Shown: positions 28,399 to 39,566, counted from the stretch's first letter. The stretch is 64,000 nucleotides of DNA from Pseudobdellovibrionaceae bacterium (GCA_039810425.1 JBDHWW010000006.1:1-64000), one strand, 5' to 3'. Made by a program: numbers and translations. The notes: a model not told the origin generated them from the sequence alone.

Positions 28399-30941
28399 AA
28401 GCCGTACTTGTCGAGTTCTTCCGGAGGAAGGGCTGGCTTCGGTGTTCCATCGAAGTTAAAGGCGAAGTCGATGTAGAGTTTGGTATTGCCATCGGTGGGT
28501 AAATACTGCGTGAAGTTGATCATCCAGCAGTCGCCTGGAGGTTTTAACTGGGCAACATACGCCCAAGAGGTGATTTTCTTTTCGTCGGCAGTGTTGGCCC
28601 AGTTCGCGTTGTAAACCACTTTGCCCATCAGGTTTAAATAACCTGACTGGAAGCCAGCGCCGAAAGTATAGTTTTCTACCCGGGACTTTTCGAGATCGAC
28701 GACTTGTCCCGGTTGTGGGCGCTGATAAGTTTTAACCCACTGAATCTGGAAGAACTGGCCGAATTCATTTGTCAGGCGCACGCGTGAGTTCATGTTCGTG
28801 ACTGAGAGGTCCTGCAGGTAGTTGATGGTGGTGTAGGTCTGAAACTGCTTAAAACGCATGTCTAAAATAGCATTCAGATCAGACCACGGCGTTCGCGTCG
28901 GATTTCGCAGGTTGGCTTGGTGAGTGTCGTAAGACTGATAGATTTTAAGATTGGCGAGCTGTAAATACTGAGGTGAATCGCCAACCCAAGTTTTCTGCAC
29001 AAGCTTATTCGTTAGTGCAAAGGTGACAAGGCCGCGATCATAGACACGGTCATTGTAATCAAACTGCACGCCGTGAGTACCATTCACATCATTGTCTGAG
29101 AGATAATCGGTGTAATAGTAAGTCGGATCAGGGTCGCTGTCGGTTCCAAAGAATGGATGGCTTGGGTGGTAGAGCCACGGAATGGCAGTCGCTACGACTT
29201 CAGGGACAATTTCATGTTTATACTTATCAGCTTTCGGTGCTTCGCCCGTTGTAAAGACACGATTGATAGAAGTTTTTATTCCCAATGTGGCGCGAATATA
29301 ACGGCGCACGTTGCTGCGGTCATCACCGGCACTAAACTGATAGTCCGTTTCGCGGTAAGAGAGGGAAGGCAAAACATCCAAGTAGTCCCCAAATAACATC
29401 GGACGACTGATAGTGCCGGTTAAATCCCAGCGCTGGCCTGTCCGCAAAAGATCTGTTGCCGGGTCAAAGGCGCCGTCTTGAATCGCCGAGCAGCCGGTTT
29501 TGGTCGCAGGATTGTAGTCCGTAGGCAAATCACACGTGTTCGTGAGATAGCGCACGCCGTTTTTTACGGTCATGCTGTCAAAGCCCTGATCCGCCCGGGC
29601 GAAGTTTGTGTAGTCCACGTTATAGGAATACAAAAACTGCGAGTTCGCGATTTTCTGCTGCGTTTGTGCGAGGCGGATTTCAGGTATGCGATGAACTGCG
29701 TTGCCATTGGATGCGAGGGCATCTGACTGTAGCATATTCACATAATATGAGGAATCGACACTGATGTGATTTGCAAAAGTATTCTTCGTGAGCGAAAGAC
29801 GGTTGTCCATTGCGGGATTGCCGAAAGTCACCGTTTTCTGATCCGGAAAATTTTTTCCCGGAGTGCCAAAGTCTCCGGTCTCTTCCGGGAAATCCTTTGG
29901 GTATTGAAGATCACTGGCGAGGTTGATTTGGGCGCGATGGATGTATCCGCCGGGCATATCGTAATAGTGCTCGTATTTTGTAAACCACCGAGCAATGTCT
30001 TTGCCTTTGGTTCCTTCAGATTCAAAGTTTAGAACCCGTGGATCATTTTTGAAAACGCGGTCCACCAGTCCCGCGACGTTGAGCTGGCCATAAGAATTTT
30101 CATTCAGCATGTAGCGATACTCACCTGCGGCTTGGAGCCCGCGCTTTTCGTAGTTGGTGAGGATGAGAGTCGCATCGCTACTGCGTGACAGTGCCCAGAA
30201 ATAACTTTCTGAGAAGGCAAAGCCGCCGGCATCATCTTTTAAGAAACGGGGAGTGAGCAGGCCTGATTGGCGGTCACTTTTTAGCGGTACGATCAAGTAG
30301 GGAAGCCACATGACGGGGACTGAGTAGATTTTTAGAATCGAGTTTTTAATGTACGCATAGCCGCCGAGCTCCGCGCGGATGTTGCTGCCAGAAAAACCCC
30401 AAGTCGGGGGACAGTTTGTGCAAGTGGTATAGTCGGCGTTTGAAACATAATACTCGTCATCGTTGGTTTTTTGCAAAATGGAGCCTGAGAAAACCACGGG
30501 GCCTGATTGTACGAAGCCATCGTAAACGACGCCGGTGTTGTTTTCATAGTCGAGTGTGGCGGCAATCCCACCCACCGTGGCTTTTGTTGAAGCAATTTCA
30601 ACATGTCCGTTGAGCTGTGCTTGGCGTGTGCGGAAATTCACCTTGGCCTTGTCGGCCTTGATGTGTTGGTTTTGGAAAACGATTTGGACATTGCCTTCGA
30701 GCTCCAATGTTTCGTTTTCACTGTCACGAAACATGCTGTCAGCATCGAAAAGCACGCCCTGAACTTTTGCGGAGGCTCGTGCATGTACGACGCCCGGGAC
30801 AAGAAGCCCCAAGAGCAAAAGAAGCCCAAAATACCATTTTGCCGTCGTCGCTGTTCGCACTTTGTTGTCTGCCAAATCCGTTTTAGCTAGCTGTTTACAT
30901 TTCAGGACGGGGCCTTGCGCGCATGCAAGCCCTAAGTCCAA
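28395..30941 (-). CDS. lptD: LPS assembly protein LptD (start probably some codons downstream of 30941)
   Basis: OstA-like N-domain, YTTC..CPP.W, PV.WLPY...P...RQSGLL.P, C-terminal barrel with DCW. Confidence 0.88.
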   Translation of the reverse strand: MDLGLACAQGPVLKCKQLAKTDLADNKVRTATTAKWYFGLLLLLGLLVPGVVHARASAKVQGVLFDADSMFRDSENETLELEGNVQIVFQNQHIKADKAKVNFRTRQAQLNGHVEIASTKATVGGIAATLDYENNTGVVYDGFVQSGPVVFSGSILQKTNDDEYYVSNADYTTCTNCPPTWGFSGSNIRAELGGYAYIKNSILKIYSVPVMWLPYLIVPLKSDRQSGLLTPRFLKDDAGGFAFSESYFWALSRSSDATLILTNYEKRGLQAAGEYRYMLNENSYGQLNVAGLVDRVFKNDPRVLNFESEGTKGKDIARWFTKYEHYYDMPGGYIHRAQINLASDLQYPKDFPEETGDFGTPGKNFPDQKTVTFGNPAMDNRLSLTKNTFANHISVDSSYYVNMLQSDALASNGNAVHRIPEIRLAQTQQKIANSQFLYSYNVDYTNFARADQGFDSMTVKNGVRYLTNTCDLPTDYNPATKTGCSAIQDGAFDPATDLLRTGQRWDLTGTISRPMLFGDYLDVLPSLSYRETDYQFSAGDDRSNVRRYIRATLGIKTSINRVFTTGEAPKADKYKHEIVPEVVATAIPWLYHPSHPFFGTDSDPDPTYYYTDYLSDNDVNGTHGVQFDYNDRVYDRGLVTFALTNKLVQKTWVGDSPQYLQLANLKIYQSYDTHQANLRNPTRTPWSDLNAILDMRFKQFQTYTTINYLQDLSVTNMNSRVRLTNEFGQFFQIQWVKTYQRPQPGQVVDLEKSRVENYTFGAGFQSGYLNLMGKVVYNANWANTADEKKITSWAYVAQLKPPGDCWMINFTQYLPTDGNTKLYIDFAFNFDGTPKPALPPEELDKYGF

Positions 30942-31057
30942 GCCAAATGATAGGGGGCAAAAGAACGCTTGTCGAGGTTATTTCTAGTCTATCGCCCTCT
31001 ATAATAAGTGAGAAAATGCGCCGAAAAATAAGCACATTGCTCTCGAAGGGATCTTTC

Positions 31058-31411
31058 ATGGAAGCGAAGTTCTATCAAGAAGGCGACGTGACCGTCGTTG
31101 CACTCAGTGGTCGTTTGAATATTGAAAAAACACCCGCATTTAAGACAGCCTGTTTACGAAGTCTCAGAGGAAAAAAAGTTGTTTTCTGCATGAAGGATTT
31201 GAGTTTCGTCGGCTCGACTGGAATTCAAAGTTTTTTTCAGGTCATTCGCGAATTCAATCAGAGTAAGCATTTCACGGCGAAGGTTTCAGATTTGAAACCG
31301 GACTTTCATCGCCTGCTGTCATTTGGTGGGGCGAGTGATTTGGATATCTGTGAAAATATGGCAGGAGCTCTACTGAGTTTTCAAGCCCCCGCGACTCTGA
31401 CAATTGCTTAA
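31058..31411 (+). CDS. STAS-domain protein / anti-sigma factor antagonist
   Basis: VVALSGRL, LSFVGSTGI (phospho-Ser motif). Confidence 0.8.
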   Translation: MEAKFYQEGDVTVVALSGRLNIEKTPAFKTACLRSLRGKKVVFCMKDLSFVGSTGIQSFFQVIREFNQSKHFTAKVSDLKPDFHRLLSFGGASDLDICENMAGALLSFQAPATLTIA

Positions 31412-32571
31412 GAATTGTTCTGCTGAGACCTCAGCTCATTCACTTTCTGGCTCAAATCAACGTTCAGTCTCTCAAGAGACTGAATTGCTGTTTTGAGCTT
31501 TTCCGTCTCTTCAACTTTTGCATTCCACATATAGCGCAGGCTGTCCAATTGCTCAGTCAGGTCCTGCTTGTCTTTTTGCAAAGACTTGATTTGTGTTTCG
31601 TTGCCAAGCGCTAATTCTTGCAGATCGCCGTGCTCAATTTCTAGGCGCTTATTGCTGCGATGGAGATCATTAGACTTGTCTTGTAGGCGGAACACTTCTT
31701 GCTCAAGGCGGGCTTTGATTTCTTCTTTTGAACGAAGAATTTCAACGACTTGATTTTCAAGCTCGTCTTGCTTTTCCAGGGCTTTGTTCAGTTTGATGGC
31801 CTTAACTTCAAGCTCCTGATTCATGAGTTCTAAGTTTTGAAGTTCATTTTTCTGGCTTTCAATTTGACCTTCATAGAAATGCACCAGTTCTTGGGATTTT
31901 TTTTCGTGGATCTCGATTTGCTGGCGAGAAACCTTTGTCACCTCCATGATCTGAAAGCGCAAATCACTCAATTGAGCTTCCTGGCGGGCATGCTCTTGGG
32001 AGAGGGAGAGGTTTTTCTTTTCCAGATCGCAAGAGTATTCCTTCAACTGGTGAATGTAGGGCTTCACCTGAGTTTTAATGCGGTCGTGATACTTATGATA
32101 GCGGTCGCATTCAGCTGAAAGCTTTTCCGCGCGGGCATGAAGCGCAAGAGCTTTCTCGGTTTGCACTTCCTTTTGCTTTTCGGCCTGTTGAAGTTTTTGC
32201 TTCCACATGTTGTCTTTTTCTTTATAGATCAAGACTTGGTCGGCAACCGCGGTTTGTGACAGGCGCGCGCGCTGAGATTCGTCGCTCAGCTTTTGATTTT
32301 CATTTTCAAGCAAGGCCAGGCGGCGCAGGGCCACTTTCAGGCGAGTCGCAAGATCTTCATTTTGTGAGATCAGGCTTTCAACGCTGGAGGATTTGAGGAT
32401 TTCCTTTGGCAGATGCGCGTAGTTAAAAGTCGCCGGCATTTCGTCGGGTAGTGGAATGTTTTCCACGTCCCGCTGAACAGCTCGTTGGGGGGTGCCTGGT
32501 TTTGAATTTGCGACTTCTTCCTCGAAGCCTAAATTCTGAATTTTGACATTTTGAAAAGACTCAAAGTCCAT
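31408..32571 (-). CDS. long coiled-coil protein
   Basis: Heptad-rich E/K/Q/L composition; GGAG RBS. Confidence 0.75.
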   Translation of the reverse strand: MDFESFQNVKIQNLGFEEEVANSKPGTPQRAVQRDVENIPLPDEMPATFNYAHLPKEILKSSSVESLISQNEDLATRLKVALRRLALLENENQKLSDESQRARLSQTAVADQVLIYKEKDNMWKQKLQQAEKQKEVQTEKALALHARAEKLSAECDRYHKYHDRIKTQVKPYIHQLKEYSCDLEKKNLSLSQEHARQEAQLSDLRFQIMEVTKVSRQQIEIHEKKSQELVHFYEGQIESQKNELQNLELMNQELEVKAIKLNKALEKQDELENQVVEILRSKEEIKARLEQEVFRLQDKSNDLHRSNKRLEIEHGDLQELALGNETQIKSLQKDKQDLTEQLDSLRYMWNAKVEETEKLKTAIQSLERLNVDLSQKVNELRSQQNNS

Positions 32572-32741
32572 AGAAACTCCTCCATGAGATCCAGGCGGTC
32601 CTTAGTTTAGTTTCTCAAAATCGCGAAGAAACTGTCAAAACTTTAGGCTGGTCGCGGCCTTGAACTGGACTCAAATCCAGCAATTCTCAGGACCTTAGGT
32701 GGGGCGTTTAAGGTCTTGAAAAACTTGCCGAAAAGCAAGAC

Positions 32742-33311
32742 ATGGCAATCGTACTGCACGAAGATAAGCAAAAAGAAGAAGCAAAGCTGTTTAGTGATAC
32801 GGGAATTGGCAGTACCGACTTGGGTGAGCCAGATTCGCTTCGCTATCGCGTGCTGACGATGGTTCTAGATGAGCGCTATGATGGAGCCATTGAGGAGCTT
32901 AAAGAATTCGTGGACCAACCGTCGGATTACCCCGACTTTCGTAGCCGCATTCAGAGATTCGTAAATCATAGCATGGACTTGATCTATGCTATTAAAGCAA
33001 AACGCAGCTTTCCTGGAATCTCTTCTTTAACCCGCGCAAAACAACAAGAGCTTCGTGAAAAGTTCAAAGAACACTTAAGAGAGTTACAGTATTCACTTAA
33101 AAAGATTGAAAAAAATCAAACTGATCTTCGCGTGGCGGATGCGCGATCCACCATCTATGTCGTGCGCGCTACTTGGTATGCGGTTATTTCAGTCGCCGCT
33201 TTGGGTTTCTTTTTGGAAATCTCAAATGGGCTTGCGAAAACAAGCTTTGTCGTTATCGACGATGTCGTCACGAAAGCAACCGAGTGGTTGCTTCATTTTG
33301 TAAATCTTTAA
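32742..33311 (+). CDS. hypothetical membrane-anchored protein
   Basis: 189-aa ORF with a C-terminal TM segment; sigma28-like promoter at 32708-32734. Confidence 0.7.
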   Translation: MAIVLHEDKQKEEAKLFSDTGIGSTDLGEPDSLRYRVLTMVLDERYDGAIEELKEFVDQPSDYPDFRSRIQRFVNHSMDLIYAIKAKRSFPGISSLTRAKQQELREKFKEHLRELQYSLKKIEKNQTDLRVADARSTIYVVRATWYAVISVAALGFFLEISNGLAKTSFVVIDDVVTKATEWLLHFVNL

Positions 33312-33327
33312 AGACCTTGTTTAAGTA

Positions 33328-34524
33328 CTACTTTTGAATAGTTCTGTAAGTATTTTCAAGAACGGCTGGAAGTTGTCCGCCCGGTAGGTTTTTGCCATTG
33401 AGGAACACGGAAGGTGTTCCGGCGATTTGGGCTTTCTCGCCCTCGGAAGCCATCTTTTTTACAGCCTCATGAACCTCCTCTGAGTTCATGCAAGTTCTCA
33501 CTTGCTCGCAGTCGGCACCTGTTGTTTTGCAGAGGTCCTCAGTCACGTCTGCCATCGGCCTTGAAAAAATACTTTCTTGGTTATCGAAGATATAGTGATG
33601 AGCATCCCAGCCCTTTTTGTTGAGCTTTTCAAGGCAAAGGGTCGCATAAGCGAGCTCACAACGTTTGCCATCGCCTTTATGCTGAACGGCCGTGTTGCAG
33701 ACGCCATCGAGTGGAAAATTCTTAAACACCAACTTCACGTCTGGATGTGTTTTGGTGAAGTTATGTAAAGCCGGATATGCCGCTTTACAGTGGGAGCACA
33801 AGAAGTCTGCGAACTCGACGATAGTCACTTTCGCATTGTCGTTGCCGACTTGGAAGGTGAGGCCGTTTTGGTCAAAGGTTTGCTCCGGCGCGCTTTGCCA
33901 TGTGGTCAGGCTGGAATCACTGACACGTTTAATCTCTTGGTAGCCGTAGCTATTCAACGTCATGTCGCTAAAAATCAAAGATAGAGCTGGGACGGCGATG
34001 GCAAGACCCAGTACCCATTTTTCACTGGTGAACAGATCTCGCACATCACCCGGTAGTCGACCCATATCCGGACGGTAGGCGATGAGCAGGGTAATCCAGG
34101 TTAAAACTGAAAGCGCGTAAGTCACCATGCAGAATGGACAGCCGACGCGAATAACAAAGAATGAAATCCCACCCATGACAACCGAAACTAAGAGAATAAA
34201 GCTGGCGATGTAGAAAGTGTAGCGTTCTGTGCGGTCTGAGTCGGCGGTGAGTTTGTAACGGCTCAAAAGGATGAAGATGAGCAGGAGGCCGTTTGTGAGG
34301 GCCCCGAGCATCGCCATCGGGATTCCGAAAAGTTCCGCGAAAGGGCTTGAGGCGGCGGCATCACAATTGAATTTTTCATTCACGTTGCAGACGCTGTCGG
34401 CGCTCGCTGTGCCAAGCTTGAGGTCAATGTGGTGCTTATTTAAGTAAAAATGAACCCCGATTGCTATAACTGTGAAGATAAGCGCTAGAAGAATCAGGAT
34501 CTTTTTTTGAGCTGTATTTTTCAT
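33328..34524 (-). CDS. VKOR-DsbA/thioredoxin fusion (disulfide bond formation)
   Basis: VKOR C-x7-C loop and CPFC; DsbA-like EFADFLCSHC and GTP cis-Pro motif. Confidence 0.88.
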   Translation of the reverse strand: MKNTAQKKILILLALIFTVIAIGVHFYLNKHHIDLKLGTASADSVCNVNEKFNCDAAASSPFAELFGIPMAMLGALTNGLLLIFILLSRYKLTADSDRTERYTFYIASFILLVSVVMGGISFFVIRVGCPFCMVTYALSVLTWITLLIAYRPDMGRLPGDVRDLFTSEKWVLGLAIAVPALSLIFSDMTLNSYGYQEIKRVSDSSLTTWQSAPEQTFDQNGLTFQVGNDNAKVTIVEFADFLCSHCKAAYPALHNFTKTHPDVKLVFKNFPLDGVCNTAVQHKGDGKRCELAYATLCLEKLNKKGWDAHHYIFDNQESIFSRPMADVTEDLCKTTGADCEQVRTCMNSEEVHEAVKKMASEGEKAQIAGTPSVFLNGKNLPGGQLPAVLENTYRTIQK

Positions 34525-34603
34525 GTTTTCGATTAGACCCCACAATCCTGCTTGAAATCAATGGCTTTTATGCAAAAATAAACGCACGCGTTGGAGAGTC
34601 ATT

Positions 34604-36247
34604 TTGACAAGGACGTCAGTGGGTTTGCGAAAAGTGGATTTGCAGGAATGGATACGCATCCGCAAGGAGCTCTATCGTCAAATGGAGGCGCAGGTTCAAA
34701 TTCGCCTCGGTGGCGAGGACAAAGAACTCGCCCGCTACCGCAAAGACTACAACAAGGAATTTAACCGCCGGTGGCGGCGTTCGACTCGGGACGATTTGTA
34801 TCGCAGGTTGCAACTTTCCCGATTGGTGCTCATGGGCGATTTCCATGCTCTTTCCCAATCGCAAAAAACCCATTGGCGTGTACTCAAGAATTTTTTAACA
34901 TCGAGGCCGATCGTTCTCTGCATGGAATGTTTTGAAGCGGAGGATCAGCCGTTGATTGACAAGTACATGTCCGGGAAAATGTCGGAACGGGAGTTCTTGA
35001 AGGCCGTCGAGTGGGCGAAGAAATGGGGTTTTCCGTGGGACCATTACCGTTCTATGATTCGCTGGGCGCAGGCGAAGAAGATTCCGGTGTACGGTCTGAA
35101 TCGTGGTGTGAAAAAGCGGACGGCGGCGAGCCTGAAATCCCGCGATGTTTTTGCGGCGCAAAAGCTTCACGCCATTTTGAAAAAACATCCGGAAGCCATT
35201 GTGTTTGCGATCTATGGTGATTTGCATTTGGCGAAAGATCACTTGCCGAAAGAGGTTTTGAAGCTGGAAGGCCCGGCATTTAAAGGGAAAATCTTTCGTT
35301 TGTTCCAAAACGCAGAGAAAATTTATTTCCAGATTCTTGAAAAAGAACTTGAAAGTAGTGTCGATGTCGTCGAGCTTTCTCGCGAGACCTTTTGCCTGCT
35401 CAATGTTCCACCGTGGGTGAAGTGGCAGAATTATCTGATGTATCTCGAGCATACCTATGATCCGGGGCTTGGAGATGAAGAAGAGAGTGTTGATTACACC
35501 GATCATGTCGGCAATTACGTGAAAATTATTTCCGAGGAGCTTGGCGGGAGAATTTCGTGCGATGATCTATCGGTCTATACGGCCCAGGATCGTCAGTTCT
35601 GGGACCGGTTGCGGGAGAGGTACGGACCGCGCGACCTTAAATGGATTGAGACTCTGATTGAGGATGGGAATTCATTTTACCTTCCGGAGTTGGGGGCTGG
35701 CTACCTGGCGCGACCGACGGTGAATCACGCAGCCACTCTGGCCGCGAAATACGTTCATGCAAAGGTCAGTCATACCAGTGAAAGTTTTTTTGAAATGCCA
35801 AAGGATTTTTTAAGACTCGTTTGGATTGAGGGCCTTGCTTACTTTGGTTCTAAAATTATAAACCATAAGCGCAAAACGGATACGGTGATGGATCTGCGAA
35901 CGGCTGTTGCTTCCCGAGGCGCCACAGGGGTTGAAAAAGAGCCCCTGATGTTAGCGCTTTCGCAAAAGATGCATGAACTAATGGCGATTTCAGGCAGGCC
36001 TCAGGTGCGGAGTGTGATTCGGCCGAAGAAAAAACGCAGCTATCAAGTGGCCGCGAGCCTCTTGGGCGGCATGATCGGGGAGCGACTTTATGGTGCTTAT
36101 CGAAAGGGGATAGTTTCGAAGCAAACGGTCCTGGTGTTTTTGAAAAAAGCGATAAAACAAGAAAACTTTAATATGGCCTACTATGAGATGATGGAAATTG
36201 TGGAGTCCTTGCCGGCCCCGTTTCGCAGCAAAAAGGAGAAGATGTGA
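34604..36247 (+). CDS. ChaN-like (Tiki/haem-uptake superfamily) domain protein
   Basis: LVLMGDFH...Q, LCMECF...DQ..ID.Y..G...E.EFL....W...WGFPW.HY, GDLH. Confidence 0.7.
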   Translation: MTRTSVGLRKVDLQEWIRIRKELYRQMEAQVQIRLGGEDKELARYRKDYNKEFNRRWRRSTRDDLYRRLQLSRLVLMGDFHALSQSQKTHWRVLKNFLTSRPIVLCMECFEAEDQPLIDKYMSGKMSEREFLKAVEWAKKWGFPWDHYRSMIRWAQAKKIPVYGLNRGVKKRTAASLKSRDVFAAQKLHAILKKHPEAIVFAIYGDLHLAKDHLPKEVLKLEGPAFKGKIFRLFQNAEKIYFQILEKELESSVDVVELSRETFCLLNVPPWVKWQNYLMYLEHTYDPGLGDEEESVDYTDHVGNYVKIISEELGGRISCDDLSVYTAQDRQFWDRLRERYGPRDLKWIETLIEDGNSFYLPELGAGYLARPTVNHAATLAAKYVHAKVSHTSESFFEMPKDFLRLVWIEGLAYFGSKIINHKRKTDTVMDLRTAVASRGATGVEKEPLMLALSQKMHELMAISGRPQVRSVIRPKKKRSYQVAASLLGGMIGERLYGAYRKGIVSKQTVLVFLKKAIKQENFNMAYYEMMEIVESLPAPFRSKKEKM

Positions 36248-36666
36248 GTTCCTGGTATTACAATAAAAATCTCAAGCCACAAGGTCCGTTCGATTTTGAG
36301 GAGATGAAGAAGAAAGTTATGCGCGGGGAAATCGGCCCCGGAGATTTGATTTGCAAAGACCGGGAAATGCAATGGCGGATGGCGGTCGAATGGCGGGATT
36401 TTCCGCGGGAGCTTTTTCCGGCGTTTCAAAAAAACTATTTCAAATCGACGAATCCTGACGAAAAAGAATGGATTCTCTTGCTGTTTAATCAGGAAAATCC
36501 TGAGGGGGTTCAGCAGGGGCCCTATTCAATTGTTCAGGTGAATGGGATGCTGCGGGCGGGAGCCGTGAGTCTCGAAGATTACGTTTGGCGCAGCGGTCTT
36601 TCAGGTTGGGTGCATATCAAAGACCGCGCCGAGTTTGCGCGGACCGCTACTTCACTTGATCTTTAA
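36244..36666 (+). CDS. tandem GYF_2 (DUF4339) domain protein
   Basis: WYY....PQGPF and QQGPYS.....VWRSGLSGW. Confidence 0.75.
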   Translation: MSSWYYNKNLKPQGPFDFEEMKKKVMRGEIGPGDLICKDREMQWRMAVEWRDFPRELFPAFQKNYFKSTNPDEKEWILLLFNQENPEGVQQGPYSIVQVNGMLRAGAVSLEDYVWRSGLSGWVHIKDRAEFARTATSLDL

Positions 36667-36919
36667 ATTCTTTGCCGGGCTTAAAGCGCGGGATTCGGCC
36701 GCCGGGAATTTGCACAGACGCGCCTGTCTTGGGATTGCGTCCAGAACGGGCTTTGTGGGTCGTGCGTGAAAAGCTGCCAAAGCCAACGAGTTTTACCTCG
36801 TCACCTTTTGAAACCGTTTTTTGGATCACTTCCAGGGTGGCATCGAGAATCTGCTCCGATTGCTGTTTGGTGGTGTGGGTCAGTTCCGCGACTTTTTCTA
36901 CGAGTTGTGCCTTGTTCAT
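36647..36919 (-). CDS. hup: HU family DNA-binding protein
   Basis: MNKAQLV, GFGSF, R.GRNPKTG, P.FKPGK. Confidence 0.93.
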   Translation of the reverse strand: MNKAQLVEKVAELTHTTKQQSEQILDATLEVIQKTVSKGDEVKLVGFGSFSRTTHKARSGRNPKTGASVQIPGGRIPRFKPGKEFKDQVK

Positions 36920-37002
36920 AGGGGGCTATAGATACTCAAAATACTGATTTATGTCACCGGATTTACATTGGAATTGACGCAGAATTTTGGTAGTTTTTTG
37001 GC

Positions 37003-38715
37003 ATGATTCAAATCGCTAAAACCCAGATCGCAAATCTTTTAAGCCCCGTGACGCAACTTCCAGTGGAGGACCTGCAAAAAACACTTGAAAAGCCGAAACA
37101 GTTTGAACATGGACATATTGCTTTTCCGGTATTTGCACTGGCGAAAACACGGCGCGTGGCTCCTCCGCAAATCGCCGGTGATTTGGCCGCGAAAGTCCAA
37201 GAAGAGATTCAGGCCGGGAACGCTCCTTTTTTGGAAAAGGTCCAGGCGGTCGGCGGCTTTCTTAATTTTACCTTTAAAAATTCTTATTTGCAGGAAGTGC
37301 TTTTTACCAGTCTTTTGCGGGATCGCGTTGGCTATTCCGGCAATGGAAAAAATAAAACCGTGGTGATCGACTATGCTTCGCCGAATGTGGCAAGGCCAAT
37401 GCACGTCGGTCATTTGCGTGCTGCGATGGTCGGTCAAGCGATCCGCAACCTCGCGGAGTCTCAAGGTTACAAAGTCATCGGCGTGAACCACCTCGGCGAC
37501 TGGGGAAGCCAGTTCGGAAAGCTCGCCTGGGCTTATCAAAAATGGGGCAAGGAGTACAGTTTCGCAAAGCCGATGGACGACTTGGTGAAGATGTACGTGC
37601 GTTTCCATGAAGAGGCAGCGAAAAACCCAGAGCTAGAAGTTGAAGCGGCGGCGGCATTCAAGCGCCTTGAAAACGGCGATACGGAGCTTAAAAAAATCTG
37701 GCAAATGATCGTGGACTTTTCGCTCAAAGATTACGATCGTCTTTTAAATGGCATGCTGAAGGTGAAACACGACGCGGTCTTGGGTGAGTCGTTCTACACC
37801 GACAAGATGGATAACGTGGTGAATCTTCTGAAACAAAAAGGTCTTTTGCAAGAGAGCGAAGGCGCGCAGGTTGTTTTCTTTGACGAAAAAGAAAACATGC
37901 CTCCGTGTATTATCAAAAAGAGTGACGGGGCCTCTATTTACGCAACTCGAGATTTGGCGACGGCAATCTATCGCCATGATGTACAGAAAGCCGATGAACT
38001 GCTCTACGTCGTAGGTCAGGATCAGACCTTGCATTTCCGCCAAGTTTTTAAAGTCCTTGAGATGATGGGTTTTGAATGGGCGCAAACGTGCCACCATATT
38101 TCTTTCGGTCTCTATCGGTTTAAAGAAGGCAAGATGTCGACGCGCGCAGGCCGCGTGGTGCATTTTGAAGACGTCGTCATCCAGGCGGTTGAGCTCGTGC
38201 AAAAGATGATTGAAGAAAAAAACCCGGCTCTTGAAAACAAAGAAACGGTGGCAAAGCAAGTCGCCCTAGGGGCGGTGATTTTTAACGATTTGGTCAATGA
38301 TCGCATGAAAAACGTCGAGTTCGATTGGGACCGAATTTTAAGCGTTGAGGGTGACAGTGGACCCTATGTGCAATACACGGTGGTTCGTTGTAAGAGTATC
38401 TTGCGTAAGTACGGAAAAACAGCGCCGCAAGCGGCAAGCATGGATCTTACCCATGAGGAAGAACGCGAACTTGTTTTCCGGCTTCTGCAATTTGAGGATA
38501 TTTTGACCGGCGCTTATAAACAGTACCGCCCAAATATTCTTGCTCAGTACTTGCTGGAGGTCTGTGGCACCTTTAGCCACTTCTATCACAAGTGCAGGAT
38601 CATTGGCGAGGCGCCGGAGGTGGAATCTTCACGCATCGCTTTGGTTGCGGCGACGGAGAAAGTCCTGGTTCAAGGTTTGAAAGTCTTAAACATCGAAGCC
38701 CCTGAGGCGATGTAG
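37003..38715 (+). CDS. argS: arginyl-tRNA synthetase
   Basis: DYASPNVARPMHVGHLR (HIGH-type), NHLGDWG, YATRDLA, KMSTR, GDSGPYVQY. Confidence 0.97.
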   Translation: MIQIAKTQIANLLSPVTQLPVEDLQKTLEKPKQFEHGHIAFPVFALAKTRRVAPPQIAGDLAAKVQEEIQAGNAPFLEKVQAVGGFLNFTFKNSYLQEVLFTSLLRDRVGYSGNGKNKTVVIDYASPNVARPMHVGHLRAAMVGQAIRNLAESQGYKVIGVNHLGDWGSQFGKLAWAYQKWGKEYSFAKPMDDLVKMYVRFHEEAAKNPELEVEAAAAFKRLENGDTELKKIWQMIVDFSLKDYDRLLNGMLKVKHDAVLGESFYTDKMDNVVNLLKQKGLLQESEGAQVVFFDEKENMPPCIIKKSDGASIYATRDLATAIYRHDVQKADELLYVVGQDQTLHFRQVFKVLEMMGFEWAQTCHHISFGLYRFKEGKMSTRAGRVVHFEDVVIQAVELVQKMIEEKNPALENKETVAKQVALGAVIFNDLVNDRMKNVEFDWDRILSVEGDSGPYVQYTVVRCKSILRKYGKTAPQAASMDLTHEEERELVFRLLQFEDILTGAYKQYRPNILAQYLLEVCGTFSHFYHKCRIIGEAPEVESSRIALVAATEKVLVQGLKVLNIEAPEAM

Positions 38716-39419
38716 TGAAGTTTTTAGCCCTTTTTCTGACGTGTATAATTTGTGCGGGCCCAGCCTTTGCTGAAACTGTGACCGGTGAGGGTTTTGAACA
38801 GAAGACGGACTTTGGAAAAAAGTTATTTGATCTCGATATCAGAATCGACACATCCGATGGCCTGACGAAAACGACGGCCACTTATAAAGATCTTAAAGGT
38901 CAGCCGACCGTTGAAGAAAGAGGCGTTGTTAAAGGCGATGAATTGATTTCATTTGACGTAGATCAAATGCAAATCAAAGAAAAAGGCCGTATTGAAGTTC
39001 AGGGCGACAAGGTTTTTTTTACCTATGAAAAAGGCGGTAAGAAGAAGACTGCGGACGAAAAGCTCAAGAAGCCGCTTTTAACTCCGGCGAACTTTAATCT
39101 TTACGTTTCAAGTCACTGGGCTGATTTTTCCAGCGGCAAAGAAGTCGAAGTGCGCTTTGCTATTTGGTACCGTCTTGAGACGGTGGGGTTTAAAATCTTT
39201 AAAGTCGGTGAAACGCTGAAAGGTTCCCAAAAGCTGATTCAACTCCGTATGAAGCCAAGCAGCTTTGTCATTGCTGCGTTGGTGGATCCATTGAATCTTT
39301 GGTACACCGAAGACGGGCAGAAACTTATAGATCTTTCAGGGCGTGTTTCGACAATGCTGCCTAATGGGACAGGTTTTAAAGATCTCGACGCCGATGTTCG
39401 CTATACGCACCACAATTAA
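38715..39419 (+). CDS. exported hypothetical protein
   Basis: Signal peptide ending AFA; overlaps the argS stop. Confidence 0.7.
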   Translation: MKFLALFLTCIICAGPAFAETVTGEGFEQKTDFGKKLFDLDIRIDTSDGLTKTTATYKDLKGQPTVEERGVVKGDELISFDVDQMQIKEKGRIEVQGDKVFFTYEKGGKKKTADEKLKKPLLTPANFNLYVSSHWADFSSGKEVEVRFAIWYRLETVGFKIFKVGETLKGSQKLIQLRMKPSSFVIAALVDPLNLWYTEDGQKLIDLSGRVSTMLPNGTGFKDLDADVRYTHHN

Positions 39420-39566
39420 ACAGAGCTTGGTGCTCTCCGCCTGAGACCCTATTGTTGCAGATTGGGACTTTGTCTCGTGTCTCAACTCTCGTAGATGTCA
39501 TAGACGCGGTCAAAGATATCGACAGATGCATGGAACTTAACCATGTGAAAACACGTTCTGCAGGGA